Shown here: positions 1-63,436 of the stretch, piece after piece
Layout of the letters: every line of letters starts with the position of its first letter
Position numbering within the stretch: position 1 is the stretch's first letter
From: Amoebidium appalachense
Taxonomy: Eukaryota; Protista; Ichthyosporea
Direction: 5' to 3'
DNA: 64,000 nucleotides
Assembly: GCA_963693365.1 (NCBI GenBank)
Contig: CAVNZM010000005.1
Location: forward strand, 5,587,167 to 5,651,166
Translations under genes and position numbers: made by a program
The notes under the pieces: model-generated
Seen by the model: the letters and a program-made list of their open reading frames with translations, nothing else
Databases searched by the model: none
What the model was told of the DNA's origin: nothing

Positions 1-27
1 GCGTCAAAGTGCACATGAACATATCGA

Positions 28-240
28 CAAGCCTCGCAAACATAGAATTGCAGGAATTTATATCTGCCAATCTGCATATCCACGGCCAACCTCACAAATG
101 AGCCAATGTGGATACCATAGTCTACATGCCGGTATATTAACCAGCACATCTATCCAACCTCACAAATAAGCTAATGTCTACTTGTCGCCATATCTACTAA
201 CCTCACAAATATGCCACTGTCGTTACATATGTCAACCTGT
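28..240. repeat. Degenerate ~55-70-bp tandem repeat
   Basis: Recurrent AACCTCACAAAT at about 88, 156 and 199, with a variant at about 29. Confidence 0.5.
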
Positions 241-307
241 AGTGTATCTACCAGTATATCCACCATCCTATCTATCCCATTGATAACAAACCCCCCTCTC
301 ATCACAG

Positions 308-19986
<19,679 letters not shown>

Positions 19987-22647
19987 TTATGACTTCAGGG
20001 ACTTTCCTATTTCCCCGCGGGGGGGGGGGGGGAAGCGGGGGGAGGGGGGGGGGGAGGGAGGAGGGGGGAGGGAGGGGGGGAGCCGAGTATAGTGTCTATG
20101 AGGTTGTTTTTTGATGAATCTAGCTTCAACAATGGTGAGTCGCGTGGCTTAGAGTCTAATCGACCGGCGTATGAAGGCGTGGACAAGAGCGTTTCTGTAC
20201 TAAAAGTTGAATGTCTAAAATGTTGGTTGTATGGCGGCGACGTGCATATGCCCTCATAAAATATAATGATTGCCCGCTCTGAATTCTAGGAGATAAAATC
20301 CAGCTTAGAAATTCTGCTGTTGATCCGGCCATATGCATTACATCGTATGATTGAATCGGATACTACAGCCTTTTTTTTTTACTGTGTACATTTATGTCTG
20401 TGTCTGTGGGTTTTTTATTGAAAATGGGGTGACAATCAGCTTTGTCATAACTGAGATTTGACCGTTTGATCAGTTTTTTTGCTTGAAGGTTGTCAATGGG
20501 AATCAATCTGGGTCTTGTCTCGGTCTAGATTTTTGGGAGATCCGAAATTCTCTCAGTTTCAGTGTGCGATTTGAAAGTCCCCGGCCCGACGGTGACTTGA
20601 TAAATAAACATTTTCGCAGCAGGGACCAAAAAGAATCACCCCCCTCCCCCCGCCCCCGCCCCCTCCCCCCCTCTCCCTCGCTCCCCCCACCTCCCCCCCC
20701 CCTCCCCCCCCCCCCCCCACCACCACCACCGCCGCCATCACCACCACCACCCCATCTACCCCCATCCCCACCCACTCACGCACACCCCGGGTGACTCACC
20801 GTGTATCTCACCCTACACTTGTGCATTTTTTTATGTTCGTATATCGAATTCGTAACAGGGCCTGCGCCGGTAGCCTGGCTGATCAATAGCCAAGCTTACT
20901 TTCTGAGGTACCAATTGACTGTCTGCTTCGTACTTCTGCTCTGCTTTACCCTCCCCCCCCCCCCCCCCCCCTCTCTCAAACCCCCCCTCCCTCCTCCCCC
21001 CCCCCCCTCCCCCCCCCCCCCCCCCCTCCCCCTCCCCCTCCTCCCTCTCCCGAATCCCCTTCCCCGCCCCCTCCGTCCTTCCCCTAAAAAAAAAAAAAAA
21101 AAAAAAAAAAAAATGACATGAAGAATTACACCAACTCTCTCCCTGCCCTCTCAACCCTTAATAACACCACGTGTGCGCACAGTATCACGCCACACAATAT
21201 TTTAGGTGCTGACGCAGGTTAAACCCTCGCTCACAAACCGTGTTGTTCAAAATGCTCGCATGCACACTTGCCCCACCCGAATTTCACTCCCACTCACCTA
21301 CCCACACACATGCGCATGCGCACACACACACACAGAGAGAGATGTAATGTTTCAGTTGAATACTGCAACAAGCACACCTAATATTAGCTAAACGCACTTA
21401 CACCACATTTACAAATTGGGCGTCACATTTCATGACACCCTTACGTTCAGTAAAAAAAAGGCCACGGTTTGCATCACACAAACATGCACGCAGATACACG
21501 TAACTTACATATGCATACACATACTCGATTTCACACCTTATAATAACACGCACAGGCACGCACTGTGACAAGCACATGGACAGCAGAAATCATCACGACT
21601 CGTCTAACAGCCGTTAAAGTAAACTGGCACATATCGTTGCTTTGCTGATAATTTATTTGCCGATCGCGAGGTCCCGTCTAGGCCAGCCCAAGGGAGTAAA
21701 CGGCTCGCAGTTTAGCTATTTTATCTCTACCATATTTACCTCAACATTCGCTTTGGAAATACTACTCTGTGTACGTACCGTGTAGGTACAAGCTGTCCAG
21801 GCGCGTGTTTGAGCGTGCACAAAAATGTGTTGGTATGATGTGGAAGTAGGATACATGCCCATATCCCTTGTGTATATATTTAGTGTGCATATCGCTCATG
21901 TAAATCTATGCAATCATGAATCCAGCACCGGCTGATAATATATTGCCTTCGGCTAGAGTGAAGCACAGTGCACATATATGTGTACCTGGAATGGGTGTTT
22001 TTTGCCATCGTTCATCCACCCTATGCACATGCATATGCTAACATAGCAACGTGGAAAACACGACGCATGTGTACATGTACTCTTGATCATGGGCCTCGCA
22101 CTGTGTAGCGTAGTGATGAACAACTCTTTGCGTTCTATATGCATAACTGCATTAATATTATACAACTACTGTAACACAAACCGGTACATCCCCCAAGGTA
22201 TCTGTCTGCAGATCCGGCGTTTAGAATATACAGACTGGATAAAAACAGCACCAAGACAACCAGTAAGTTCCAAGAAAACAGTGTAACCGTTTAACATACA
22301 TAAATACAGCAACCTTCCTTCCAGCTCTCTAAAAACACACCATTTGCTAACTTCTTCGGGCCCCATTCATAACAATGAACAAGAAGAATGTCATACAGGG
22401 AAAAAAGATCCACAAAAAAATGACCACGAGCACCACAGTGCTGATCACAATCCATCCAAAAAACACGCGCGTATTCAACCTCGTTTGACTTCTGAAACGA
22501 GACACACCGTATAAAAAAGAGGTTAAAAAGTGACGGAAAAGGGAAGGGCAAGATAGTAAAAGAGGAAAATAGGGATTAGCAAGGCCGAGAGGGGGGAGGA
22601 GAGGGGTGGGGTGGGTGAGTGGGCGGGGGGGGGGGGGGGGGGTAGCT

Positions 22648-27797
<5,150 letters not shown>

Positions 27798-29729
27798 TTT
27801 GCATTTAATTTAGGCAGGGTGGGTAGGTGGGTTAGGAAGAGTGGGTGGGTTGTGGTGGAGTCAGATTTAAAAGAGAAAGATGGAAGTGCTTTGGAGGTCT
27901 TCACGTGGAAGGCCCAGTTAGGGGTTAGGCGACACAGTCGATTTAAACAGATTTTAACGACGAAGGGGCAACAGAGTAGTGTGTTGCAACCACCAGGGAT
28001 GGAATGGAAATCGGGCTGTACCAGAGACGTGTTTTGGATTGCTATCTGTCTGTGTGTCACTAAAAAAAATTCAGGTCATACAAACCCTATTGTCTATCGA
28101 AATTAGAGTCAATCGTGTTGTCAAGGAAGTCACTGGAAAAAGGCTCAATCAAACTTTGATGATCGTGACAGGCTTTTTCCAGTGGGGCCAAAAAAAAGCA
28201 AAAAGCTGACGTAAGCAGCTTGAGGGCGGCCCGAAACTCAAGGGCTTAGGGCGGGCCCAGAATCAATGCCGGAACTCTAAATCAATAAACGTGCTACTAA
28301 GAGACAACAATACGAAAGTTGAAGTTAAACATAACATCAAAAATCCTTCTATAATCATAAGGCAGTAGGTGGGTATGGTGCACCCTTTTTTGTAAGCACT
28401 TTGTAATAGCTCTTGCACAGAAGCAAAAAAAAGTTACTGTGATGACTGATGAGCACAAGTCGTACGATTCGAGTCATGATGCCGATTCATTCAGGAATGC
28501 AAACATATGAGTATTCACGGTTCTGATTGGTGAGACGAAAGGCTTCTGGTCCCTGGAACAAGCAGGGTAGGGATTACGAAAAAAAATCGTCGTAATTACG
28601 ATTAACGAGAGACCCCGATACGAATAAGGTCAGGGTACCGTCGTAACAGCTTTCGTATCAGGTGTGTAGCATTATAAACGCTTGAATATGTAGTTTTCCC
28701 TATTTTTTCAATATTTCTGTGTAAGAACAGCACATTCCCCCCCAAGAACATATCTACAACGCTTCTCATGTGCAATATCGAGCCCCGATAAGTTTCCAGG
28801 GCTTGTAATCTTGCGGTACTCAATTTGTAAAAACACGTATTTTGAGTTTTGAGACTGGAGGGGCTTTTAGGCGGGGCTTGCAGCTCCCCAAGAACCCATC
28901 CGTTACGATTAAGAAATTGTCCGTTACGATTGGCCAAAGGGCGATATGGTTAAGCTGGCGAACCCCAGCCCAACCCTGGGAACAAGGCCTCCTAAATTAC
29001 CTAATCTCCCGGAGGCCTTGTTGTGGAATGATAAACAAGAGAATCGGGGCATTACAATTGGCTCATACATGATAAATCCAACCAAATCGTGCGTCGTTTT
29101 CAATAACAGATTCCCCTATACTCCGGCTTGATGCAGTGCGTAACTGAAGCCCCTCAATTTTTTCAATTTACCTGAACGCTTTATCATTTTATAAGTTCTG
29201 ATACTCGCGAATAAGTTTGTGTGTCACGGTAGTGTAACGATAAAGACACATGCTTTTAATCCTAAAATATTTATTGATAGGCCTAGAAATTATTGTTATA
29301 TGTCTGTTATCAAGGTTTTATTTTTGGTTTATAGCCAAACCGAAGCTTCCCAAGTTCCGGAATATTTGAACGCGATCTATGGCGCACGCCCAAATAGATC
29401 CAAGTTTTGGGGGTTCAAAAAAAGAAGTACTTTGTAAGATTGAATGGCTTACAAAGCTTTAAAACATAACTATATTGTTAAAAATCTACATAATGTTTAA
29501 ACACTTACATATCATCTACATCTATTGCTAGATAGACCGTTAGGTATTAGCCAATAGGGGTAGCCTAATAATCGAAGCACTGCGCGCGCTCAGATCTGCT
29601 CGTTGTGTCGTTGGGCGACGAAAGATCGTGCCACCGAAGTATGTGTCTACATAACTTCAACACAGTTATTGTGACGTGAAAGACTGCGTCTCTAGTGACT
29701 TCATTAGCTAACATATACTCTAAAGTAGA

Positions 29730-39979
<10,250 letters not shown>

Positions 39980-40720
39980 CGTAGATTTTAACCTATTTAT
40001 ACCTATGGTGATGAGTTGCACTTAGAATGTGTAGGATAGGATGATTGGCTATAATTTTTTGCTGTCATTAAAGTAGATGTGTATAGGAAAGAAATGCTGA
40101 TGTCATGTATGCTTTTTGATTTTGGCTCGAAAATGTATGCTCTCCTTCGAACACTCTACCACCACTAATATTAATACTCACACACACAGACACATGCGAG
40201 TGTAAGTGCCCACACATGGCACCCGCTCACACACACGTGTGCATCACACACACATGCACATGTACATACTGTTTACACCCCCCATGTTGTGATTCGACTT
40301 CCCTCACAGCACTTTGTTCGTTCTCTTTCTTGCATCCACCCACATCACAGGTAATTTGTATTAACCTTTTTTTTTTGTTTTTTGTTTTTTTGTTTTTTTT
40401 TTCCCTCCTCCTGCATTTCTCAATGCATCTGGTCTTCCTTCTAATCGGAGTGGTATGTGCCTTTCTTATAGTTATTTGTGCACTTAAACTTTTAAATTTG
40501 TTAATGCTTTTTGGGCACTTTTTTCACGAATATGCTTAAACCCTAATTCTGTAAGCATGCGCTCTGAGTAAGAAGAGCTCAATAAACGAGCATAAGGTGG
40601 CATGCGTATGTTTTGCCAAATGACATCGTGCGCACTGTTCTGGATCGGGGTATCCCCCCTCCCCCCCCCCCCCCCCCCCTCCCCCCCCCTCCCCCCCCCC
40701 CCCCTCCCCCGAGGTGAATG

Positions 40721-40863
40721 GTTCGAAACTCGGGTACTGTGGATGTCGTGGCCCCTCCTGAGGATGGGCTCTGCTTATTATGCATACTCTTTATGTATGT
40801 TTTGCACTCTGCATTGTGTTATCCGTTGTTCTTGTGTACTTCGTACTTTATGACGCATTCGAC
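40721..40863 (+). mobile_element. Dispersed short repeat family copy
   Basis: Near-identical to 35183-35328 and flanked by poly-C. Confidence 0.7.
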
Positions 40864-41009
40864 CCCCCCCCCCCCCCTCCCCCCCCCAACCCTCCAAAAA
40901 AGAAAAACTTTGAAAAGAAAAAAAAAACAACAACCAAGGAACACGTGTGAAAAAAAATAAATGAAATAAAACCACACACAAGCGGCACGCTTGCACACAC
41001 ACACACACA

Positions 41010-41080
<71 letters not shown>

Positions 41081-41117
41081 CCCCCCCCCCCCCCCCCCCC
41101 CCACCCCCTCTCTCTGT

Positions 41118-41167
<50 letters not shown>

Positions 41168-41271
41168 TCCTCACTCACTCACTTACTCATGTGGCACCAC
41201 ACACACCATCGGCCAACCAAAGGCTGTAGGGACGAGGGGATGGGGGTGGCCGGTGGGTGGGTGGTGGTGGT

Positions 41272-41324
<53 letters not shown>

Positions 41325-42225
41325 GTGTGCGTGCGTGCGTGGCCACGGGGGGGGAGGGGGGCGGGGGGGGGGGGGGGGGGGGGAGGGGGGGGAGGGGGGG
41401 GGGGCGCGGGGGCGGGGGGAGAGAGGGGATGTGGTTAGCAAAATGACGATATGTATATAGTGTACACATAAGGCTATCCTTGCATAGTTTATGACTTTAG
41501 GATCGTGGTGTAGATCATCAACGGCTCCGACAAACATGTCATCTCCTGCACAATATACCAAGTTCCTGTTCTCTCCCCACACTGACTGACGCACACGAGC
41601 GGCTGCATTCGACAGGACAATGCTACAGTTCCCGAGGGGGGGGGAAGGTGTGTGTTGTACGTGTGTGTGTGTGTGTGTGCGTGTGTGTGTGCGTGTGTGT
41701 GTGCGTGTGTGTGTGTGTGTACATGGTAGGGGGGAGGGGGGAGGGGCCAAAGGGGGGGGAGGGAAGAGGGGGGAGGGGGCGGAATGGGTATGGGGATATG
41801 TGGCTTGCATTTGGATTGTATGCGCTTCGACTCGAGATCCAGATCATAGAGCTAGTTAAGCAGGTGCCATCCCAACAGTAACACAAAACCCCACCTTACA
41901 GATTAGACAACTTGAGCACAAACGTCATGTGTGAATGTAGTGTTTCATGTACACTGAATGCAAGAGTCGGAGTGCACCCGATTCTTTAGCTACATTTTCT
42001 TAACCCAACGTGTGATGTACACACAAACAACGAACAAAAATAAGATTATTGGATACTCAAAGTGATACAAAGAATAGTGGTTTGGACCTCGGAGATCCGT
42101 CGGTTTACGGTGAGCAACCACACCGACACTGAATGATGTTGTAGCAGCGTGTGCATGCTACTTTTTATTTTATTTTATTTTTATTTTTATTTTTTTATTT
42201 AGTTTATATGTGCGCGCGCGTGTCA

Positions 42226-42276
<51 letters not shown>

Positions 42277-42366
42277 CTTGCCAAGATGCATTCATTTATA
42301 GTTTTTTTGGTTTGTGTGTACACACGTGTGTTTGACTGTGTGTAAATGTTTTTTTTTTTTTTTTTT

Positions 42367-42397
<31 letters not shown>

Positions 42398-42461
42398 GGG
42401 AGGGAGGGAAGGGGGGGGGGGGGGGGGGTGTTGTTTGTTTGTTTGGGGGGGCGGGGGGGAT

Positions 42462-42653
42462 AGAGTTTATTCAGCAAATCTCAGTTGTGCTCACCTACTT
42501 CTCTATCATAGGGATGAAGGGATGAACGAAAAGCTGAATTTTGTTGAATGAAGTTCATGATTTTAGATCCTAACACTGCTTTATCCTTAATTATTCATCT
42601 CTTGATTTTATTGTGATCGAATTTCAAAGTCCCTAACTTGATCAAGCCTTTTT

Positions 42654-42721
<68 letters not shown>

Positions 42722-42875
42722 GGAGGGGGGCGAATGAGGAGTGGGAGGGAGGCAGTTTATTCAGCAAATTACAGTTAAGGCTCACCTGACTTCTCTAACA
42801 TAGGGGTGAACGAAAAGCTGAATCTTGTTAAATGTATACTGGGAGTTTAAAGATCCTGACACTGCTTTAGCCTTG
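42462..42875. repeat. ~290-bp-period local duplication
   Basis: AGTTTATTCAGCAAAT..GCTCACCT..TGAACGAAAAGCTGAAT..AGATCCT.ACACTGCTTTA occurs at about 42462-42588 and about 42754-42874. Confidence 0.7.
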
Positions 42876-43513
42876 TGTTTCCTCGTTGTGGAGTGCCACC
42901 TTTAAGCACCGATATTGTTCCGCGTTTAATAATATTTTACGAATACGTGCGAATTTCCTGCTCACTTTAGCTATCCCGGGGAAAATTTAAGCTCAGGAAC
43001 TTGAAAAAATCATTCCAAAAGAGTTCAAAATCATCGAGATGCAAATCTACACTATATGAAATGCGGCAGTGAATTTTTGTAAGCCATGCCGAATTTAGGC
43101 TACCACATGCCAGCGAGTGTGCTTCTAGATCTGTACAAAACTGCGCGGCCAAAACTTCTAAATTCTAAAACTGACCACAAATTCTACTTTTAAAAATTAT
43201 CCTTCATCGTTGGAAAACATTATCTCTTAGCCAACAAGCTTTACCAATGAGGCACTATGCTCTTAATGGAAAAAGCATAAATTTATACGTGCATTCACCA
43301 ATACGAGCCTCAGAACTCTTTGCGTCGACCTGGACTCTCTGGACATCGAAAACAACAACTTTCTATTCAGCAAATCGAGACAGGAAACCACGTTTTCATC
43401 CTCATGGGCCCCAACACGTACATACGTACACATTGTAACAATTATGCTATTGGAAATCTTATTTTTATTCGTGCAAGATGATTGGCTAACCCGTAAACTA
43501 AACGTGATGGACC

Positions 43514-44722
43514 TCAGGTTGGCCAATCAAAAGCAGTATGCGCCACCCTACGCGATCCTACGGGTGACCCCAGGGGAGACTGCACAACACTCTCAGCATT
43601 CGAAGGAGGCCTATGAATGAGTGGGGAGCCAGGGAGAGACATTGAAAATGGTGACAGAACACGTGATTTCTCCTCAGAATCTCTAAACACGTCTTTAGGC
43701 GGTGCAAAATTCCTGTGGAGCGTTGGTGGATGAGTGTACCCTTCCGGAAAAGGTGACGAATTTGAATGTGCACGTGGTAGAATCTTATTCGACACGCCTC
43801 CACGCATTTCTTCGGGTGTGGCACCGACTGTGAACGATTTGCGAATTTTTCTTGGGTCAGGTGATGATGCGTAATTTATGTTTTGGCTCGCATGTGTTAT
43901 TTCTTTCGGGGTCAAATTTGGGGTTAAATTTGGTGTGCTAGACGTACGTTTGAGCTGCCCGCGTCCCCTAGGGGAGCGCCGTGGGCCGCGCATGATCAAA
44001 TGCGGCGGACGGGGAACATTTCTGCTTTTTTCGTAGAGCCCGCACGCGTTGCACAGAATATCCCCCTTGCTATTTTTACGCCATGTAGACGTTTCGGTGG
44101 CACCGCAATTAGAACATTCCGGGAACTCTGGATATGCACGGTATGCGGAAATCGGGCTGGTAACGGTGTCATCGGGCGTGTGGGTGGGTGGAGAGGCGTC
44201 TTTTTTGTTTTCGGTTTTTATGCGTGCGTCTTCTGCACCGGCGAATTTCTCAGGGGGGTTCTTAGGCTCCTGGTGTGCGGCAGTGTGCAGGCTGCCTCGG
44301 AAATCTTGAGGTGAAGAGAAGCCACACATATCCATCAATGTACACATTTCAGTATCCGAAATATTCAAATCCAGGAAATTTATGCTTTCTGGGGCGGTGG
44401 GCGGCATGTGAGGGTTATTCATCCTTGAGGAGAGAAATGCATCCGAGTGGGCACGAGGGATCGCACCTTCCCCAGGCCAGGTGGGCCCAGGGGCATGCGC
44501 GCATGCACCTTTTTCGCTCACGGAAAAAATATCAGAGCTGTCGCAAACCTGCATTAGGGAACTAAGAAGGTCCTCAAAGCTACTCGGGGTGGTGCAAGGG
44601 AGTGGATGTGACACCATGTTTGTGTGTGTTGGGTTAAAATTTGCTCCAAACGTTGCCGTCCCGCCTGGGTGGAACATGGCGGGCTGGTAATCGTAGGAAA
44701 ATGAACTCTTTGGATTACCCAT
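43514..44722 (-). CDS. Single-finger GATA transcription factor (intronless, 402 aa)
   Basis: Continuous non-repetitive ORF containing CSNCGATETSTWRKNSKGDILCNACGLYEKSRNVPRP (C-x2-C-x17-CNAC), followed by a basic region. Confidence 0.9.
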   Translation of the reverse strand: MGNPKSSFSYDYQPAMFHPGGTATFGANFNPTHTNMVSHPLPCTTPSSFEDLLSSLMQVCDSSDIFSVSEKGACAHAPGPTWPGEGAIPRAHSDAFLSSRMNNPHMPPTAPESINFLDLNISDTEMCTLMDMCGFSSPQDFRGSLHTAAHQEPKNPPEKFAGAEDARIKTENKKDASPPTHTPDDTVTSPISAYRAYPEFPECSNCGATETSTWRKNSKGDILCNACGLYEKSRNVPRPPHLIMRGPRRSPRGRGQLKRTSSTPNLTPNLTPKEITHASQNINYASSPDPRKIRKSFTVGATPEEMRGGVSNKILPRAHSNSSPFPEGYTHPPTLHRNFAPPKDVFRDSEEKSRVLSPFSMSLPGSPLIHRPPSNAESVVQSPLGSPVGSRRVAHTAFDWPT

Positions 44723-45057
44723 GGCTAAATTGTGGCGCGCACGGCCGCGGGGAACATCATATATATGTAGATGTGCTATAAGGCTACTAGACTATTGATG
44801 TGGTATATACTGTGTTTTCCGCGGTCAACCTAGTTGTTTCCCGAGCAAGCGCTCCCAGTTACGTAGTAATGAATCAAGTATCTTCGTATTTGTGTTGTTT
44901 CCAAAAATCATATGTTAGCAGAGCAGGTGTAGCTATTTATTTCGTAAATAGTAAATAGTAAAAAGAACAAGAAGAAATCAAAATAGGGCAGCTGGTGTTG
45001 TTCATTACTAGTACTAGTTAGGATGTGCGAAAACGAATGAAGGCGGGCGCCACAGCC

Positions 45058-45098
45058 GGTTTTATATACCCTTTGGCCGGAAACCTGGCAGCCAATCA
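45058..45098 (-). promoter_or_regulatory. Candidate TATA box with upstream CCAAT box for the GATA gene
   Basis: The minus strand reads GGTATATAAAACC about 340 bp upstream of the ATG at 44722. AGCCAATC lies at about 45090, with further CCAAT motifs at about 45846 and 45886. Confidence 0.3.
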
Positions 45099-46353
45099 AA
45101 GCTCTCCGTTAGTAAAGGTAAAGGTTTCGCACTTTCGCCGAAGTAATCGGGCACTGCCGCACGTGCCACACCGACGAGGAGGAAAAAAGAAGGGGAAAAA
45201 GGTTGAATATACACTACTGTACTCTCTTCAGATAGAATAAATGCATCTAATACATGTAATCCCCGTTGGCAGGTCAATTATTTGCATCATCGCCGACGTA
45301 CGTCACGGACAGTGATACATGTATATGTCATTCGGACACCGAACTTTTCTCTCCGGGCGCGTGCCCGGTGCACGCGTGCAGAGAGCACAAGCACAACCGG
45401 GGGCCTGCTTTCTCAGTCTCAAATGATGCTAAAAGAAGCACTATTGATTCTAATGCCTACGTGTGCAACCCTTACAATGACTGCTTCTTCTACCTGAGAC
45501 TTTGCCAATACTCAACGCCGTCCCAGTCAACGGGCCCGGCGGCGCCGGGTACATACCGGGCACGCCCTGTACAGGCTCACATGAGCACGTACTGGCATGA
45601 TTGGGCATCGACGTCAATCAAGCTGCCAATCTCAAATAAATACAAGTGTACCGAGGCGGTTATTAGCAATGAGTTTACATTCTTATTTCCTCAACTCCTT
45701 TTTCCGCTCAGCCGCTGGCTTTTCCTGCCCTCGGAACTTTCTTTGGGGCCAAATTGGGGATTCACCGTCGCCGCTGACGCGCGCTGACTGCTGAGACGGT
45801 GCCGCAAGGCTCATGTGCTTTTCGCGAATCGCGATCACCAGGAAACCAATCACTCGAAGGGAAACGATCAGAGCATGATCTTAAACCAATCATATTGTCA
45901 TTTTATCAACCGATTTATGATTGGCCGCCGGTCTGCATGAGGATGCCATGAGCTCGGTAGGCCGCGACAGTCACTGCACAGTTTCCACTTCGGCCTCTTG
46001 GTCTTGGCGCTTGCTGGCAGTCTTGGGTACATTTTTGGGCAAATTTCTTTACTCCTCTTCGGTTGCTTGTCTCACCTGTGTGTATGGTCCTTATGTGTGT
46101 CGTGTGTCCTCATGGCTGTGTGTGAACATGTAGGCGTGTGGGCATGTATGTATTGATCATGAATGAGCCTGTGCGCCACTGTGTGCACAAACGTATGTGG
46201 AAATTGTGAGTTAATATAGTGCACGTACGGCGCGTGTGTGCGTGCATACGTGTGTCACGTTGTATGTGTGGATACGTAAATTATGGTGTACATGTATCTC
46301 GGTGTACATGCGTGTGCGTGGCACCGTGTGTGCGCGGATGTACATGACTGTCT

Positions 46354-46431
<78 letters not shown>

Positions 46432-46742
46432 TTGTGTGTGTGTGTACGTGTGTGCGTGTGTGCGTGTGTGTGTTTGTGTGTTTGTTTATTAATGACAATG
46501 TGTGATAATTATAATAAATGCCAGTGAGAGTTCTCTGGGAGTCTATATGCTGATCGCGAGTAGCTAACATAATATTTGGGATTTGTTGACTTCCGAGTGA
46601 GCACATCCAATTGCGATGGGACCGAGGAAAGTCTTTAGCCGTACGTACACACTCGATGACTATGTATATTTATGGGCTACCCATCACAAGGGGGGATTAC
46701 GATGACGAGCGGCCCAACCGTAGCAGCCTGGGCCAATGGGTC

Positions 46743-46777
<35 letters not shown>

Positions 46778-46989
46778 TCTAGAGACAGAAAGAGCCTCAG
46801 GGTTGGGTGAACGGCGAGGCCCAAGCCATTGCAGGATTTTTTGCATGGGCTTAAATTGAATACTCATGTTTGAACTCGTAAATGCACATGTTTCTTTAAC
46901 ACAACTACGTGTTGTACAACCCTCACCTCCGGGCCGATTTCACGAGTCTTTCAATGTTTATAACTATAGTACATCACATGCATTCATAT

Positions 46990-54747
<7,758 letters not shown>

Positions 54748-55210
54748 TTTCAAGCCCTGCAACCGAAAGAAGGTTAGCGTCAAACATAAGTTCACTTTGT
54801 AAAGCAGTTAGTAGTCACATCTAGCTATGAGCAAGCAATTATGAGAGTACTAAGTTGGCTCAAGTGTTCACTGTGTGTGTGTGTGCGTGTGGGTGTTGAG
54901 GGAAGGGGTAAATGGTGAGGATCGGGGGGGGGGGGGGGGGGGGGGGGGGGAGGGGGGAAGGGGGGGTTGGGGGGGGGGGGGGGAACATCAAAGAAATCCA
55001 CGCTACAAACCCCCCCGCCTCCCCCCTCCCCCCCCCCGCCCCTTCCTTCACCTCCTCTCGAGGCCTTCATACCGTTCTGGAAGGTATACACTATGCACTG
55101 GTGTGAAAAGTATAAGGCATTTTTTTTTCACGAAAGCGCACATCCATGGTTGCAAACCACCTCAACGGTCTGCGAAGGGTATGCTGAAGCAGTCCTCCCA
55201 CCCTCCCAGC

Positions 55211-55258
<48 letters not shown>

Positions 55259-55585
55259 ACTTCCTCCTCATCTCCTTTATTTTCCAATTCTCTCCCTTTC
55301 CGCCAGCTGAAAGAGGGAATAGACGAGGTTTCTTCTTGCAAAAAACAGAAATTCACAAAGCTCCCTTACACTTCTTTCTTCTCTTTCGAAACAAACCACC
55401 GTTTTGATGTGCTCGAAAAATGCAGAAATAACTTCGTCAAACCTTCCCTTAAACTTCCCCATCCACCCATATGCCCCTATTTATGAACTGAAACTAAAGC
55501 AGAATTCACTCCGATCTGCTCCCTCATCCCCACTTTTCCATTTTTTTTTCTTATCTCAAGCTGCCTCAGTCACACCCCCTCCCCC

Positions 55586-55625
<40 letters not shown>

Positions 55626-57072
55626 CCTCCCCTCCCCCCACTCCCCTCTCCTCCCCTCCTCTCCTCCGCCCCTCCCCCCTTCCCCCCGCCCTTTTCGCCC
55701 CCCAGCCATGTCCTTTACTGAGCTAGCAATAGCCTCTGCATCAACTCTTGATATCCCACCACATTCCTCTCCCTCAAACTCTCTCTCTCTCTCTCTCTGT
55801 CACTCCCCCCCTCCCCCCCCCCCTCCCCCCCCCCCCCCCTCTCCCCTCTCCCCCAATCCCGGCCACCCCCACCCCCTCCCTCTTCCGTCCCTCCCCATGC
55901 ATGCCCGTGGATCATAAAGTATTCCGGAGATGAAATGTGTTACTATCTTCTTGCCTAGGTATATGAAGCAGGATTCTGAGGGGCTAATATGTTAACTGCT
56001 AACACACCTTCCTTTTGAACTGTGGCTCCTGGCACAACTCATGACGAAACTGAAAACGAGAGGGCGGCTTCTGTATGGCAGCAAGGGGGCTTACAACAGT
56101 ACTAATGCAGATTTTCGAAGCTCAAGAATATCTATGTGCTCCTATGAACACTCAATAATACAGCATTTGAACTATTTAAACATTATAGATAATATTTATC
56201 ACATCCATAATATTTTATTTTTAACTAGCATGTTAAAAGTGTATAAAGAGGATCAAACGAGTTTACCATAAAAGAGGAGAGTCAGTGGACGTTTTCGCGA
56301 CAAGACTGGTTTGTAACCCCCCTCAAAATAGTATAGGAAGATTTTGTTGGTAACGGTATCCAATCATCGCGCGCGAATGCATCTGAATTGTTCCCCCTGA
56401 AAATATAACTAAAGCCCACTCTTGGTTCGCTTTACAGACTTAAACCGGTTTATGTTTTCGCAAAATAAAAGACTAATTGATGGCTACACTTGGCAAAGGG
56501 CACCATCTTATATCCATCAGTCTCCTAAGTATGATAATCAGAATAATAAAAGAGTGCCTAAAAAGCTATAAAACACCCATGTACTTCTTTTCAAGATTTT
56601 TGGATTACAACACAGAGCTTCGTTTGTAGACAGTCTGTTCTTGGCAAACAAGGGAAAGTGCGCAATTCTGACAACATTATTTAGATCTCCCATAATCCGG
56701 AGTTTATCTCTGAGAGTGGGTCTGTAGGGCGAAAGTGCGCGCACGCACGCATTCACCAATTAATACTATCATGTGTTATAGTCTTCAATGCTTTGGCCAA
56801 TTCTTCGTTTAGTCTAAGGAGGGAAGCTGGGCGTGTGTGCCCACACAGTGAATGTATTGTTATGTATTTTTTTAAAAAGCCGTAAGCATAGTGATTTGAT
56901 CTCATGAATTGTTGTTCAAGAATCGTGAACGCTGGGCAAATCTGCCCGTATACAACTTACATGCATTTACCAAAAAAGGCTTGACCACACCCTATTTCCG
57001 TCAAGCTCTTCCGTATAGAGCACAACAGTTTCGAGATTCGTGGTCTCTTTGATCTAAATATAAACATCTAGA

Positions 57073-63349
<6,277 letters not shown>

Positions 63350-63436
63350 GTATGCAGGAGCCTGTTTTTACCTTGGACCCCCCCCCCCCCCCCCTTTTTT
63401 TTCCCTTTCCCATGCAAACCCCCCCCCCCCCCCCCA

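Noticed and set aside
20470-20910. Exon-like islands downstream of the MTase stop
   Set aside because: No consistent reading frame or motif could be assembled.
45266-45787. 173-aa + strand ORF upstream of the GATA gene
   Set aside because: It has a non-ATG start and no recognisable motif, and lies in a probable regulatory region.
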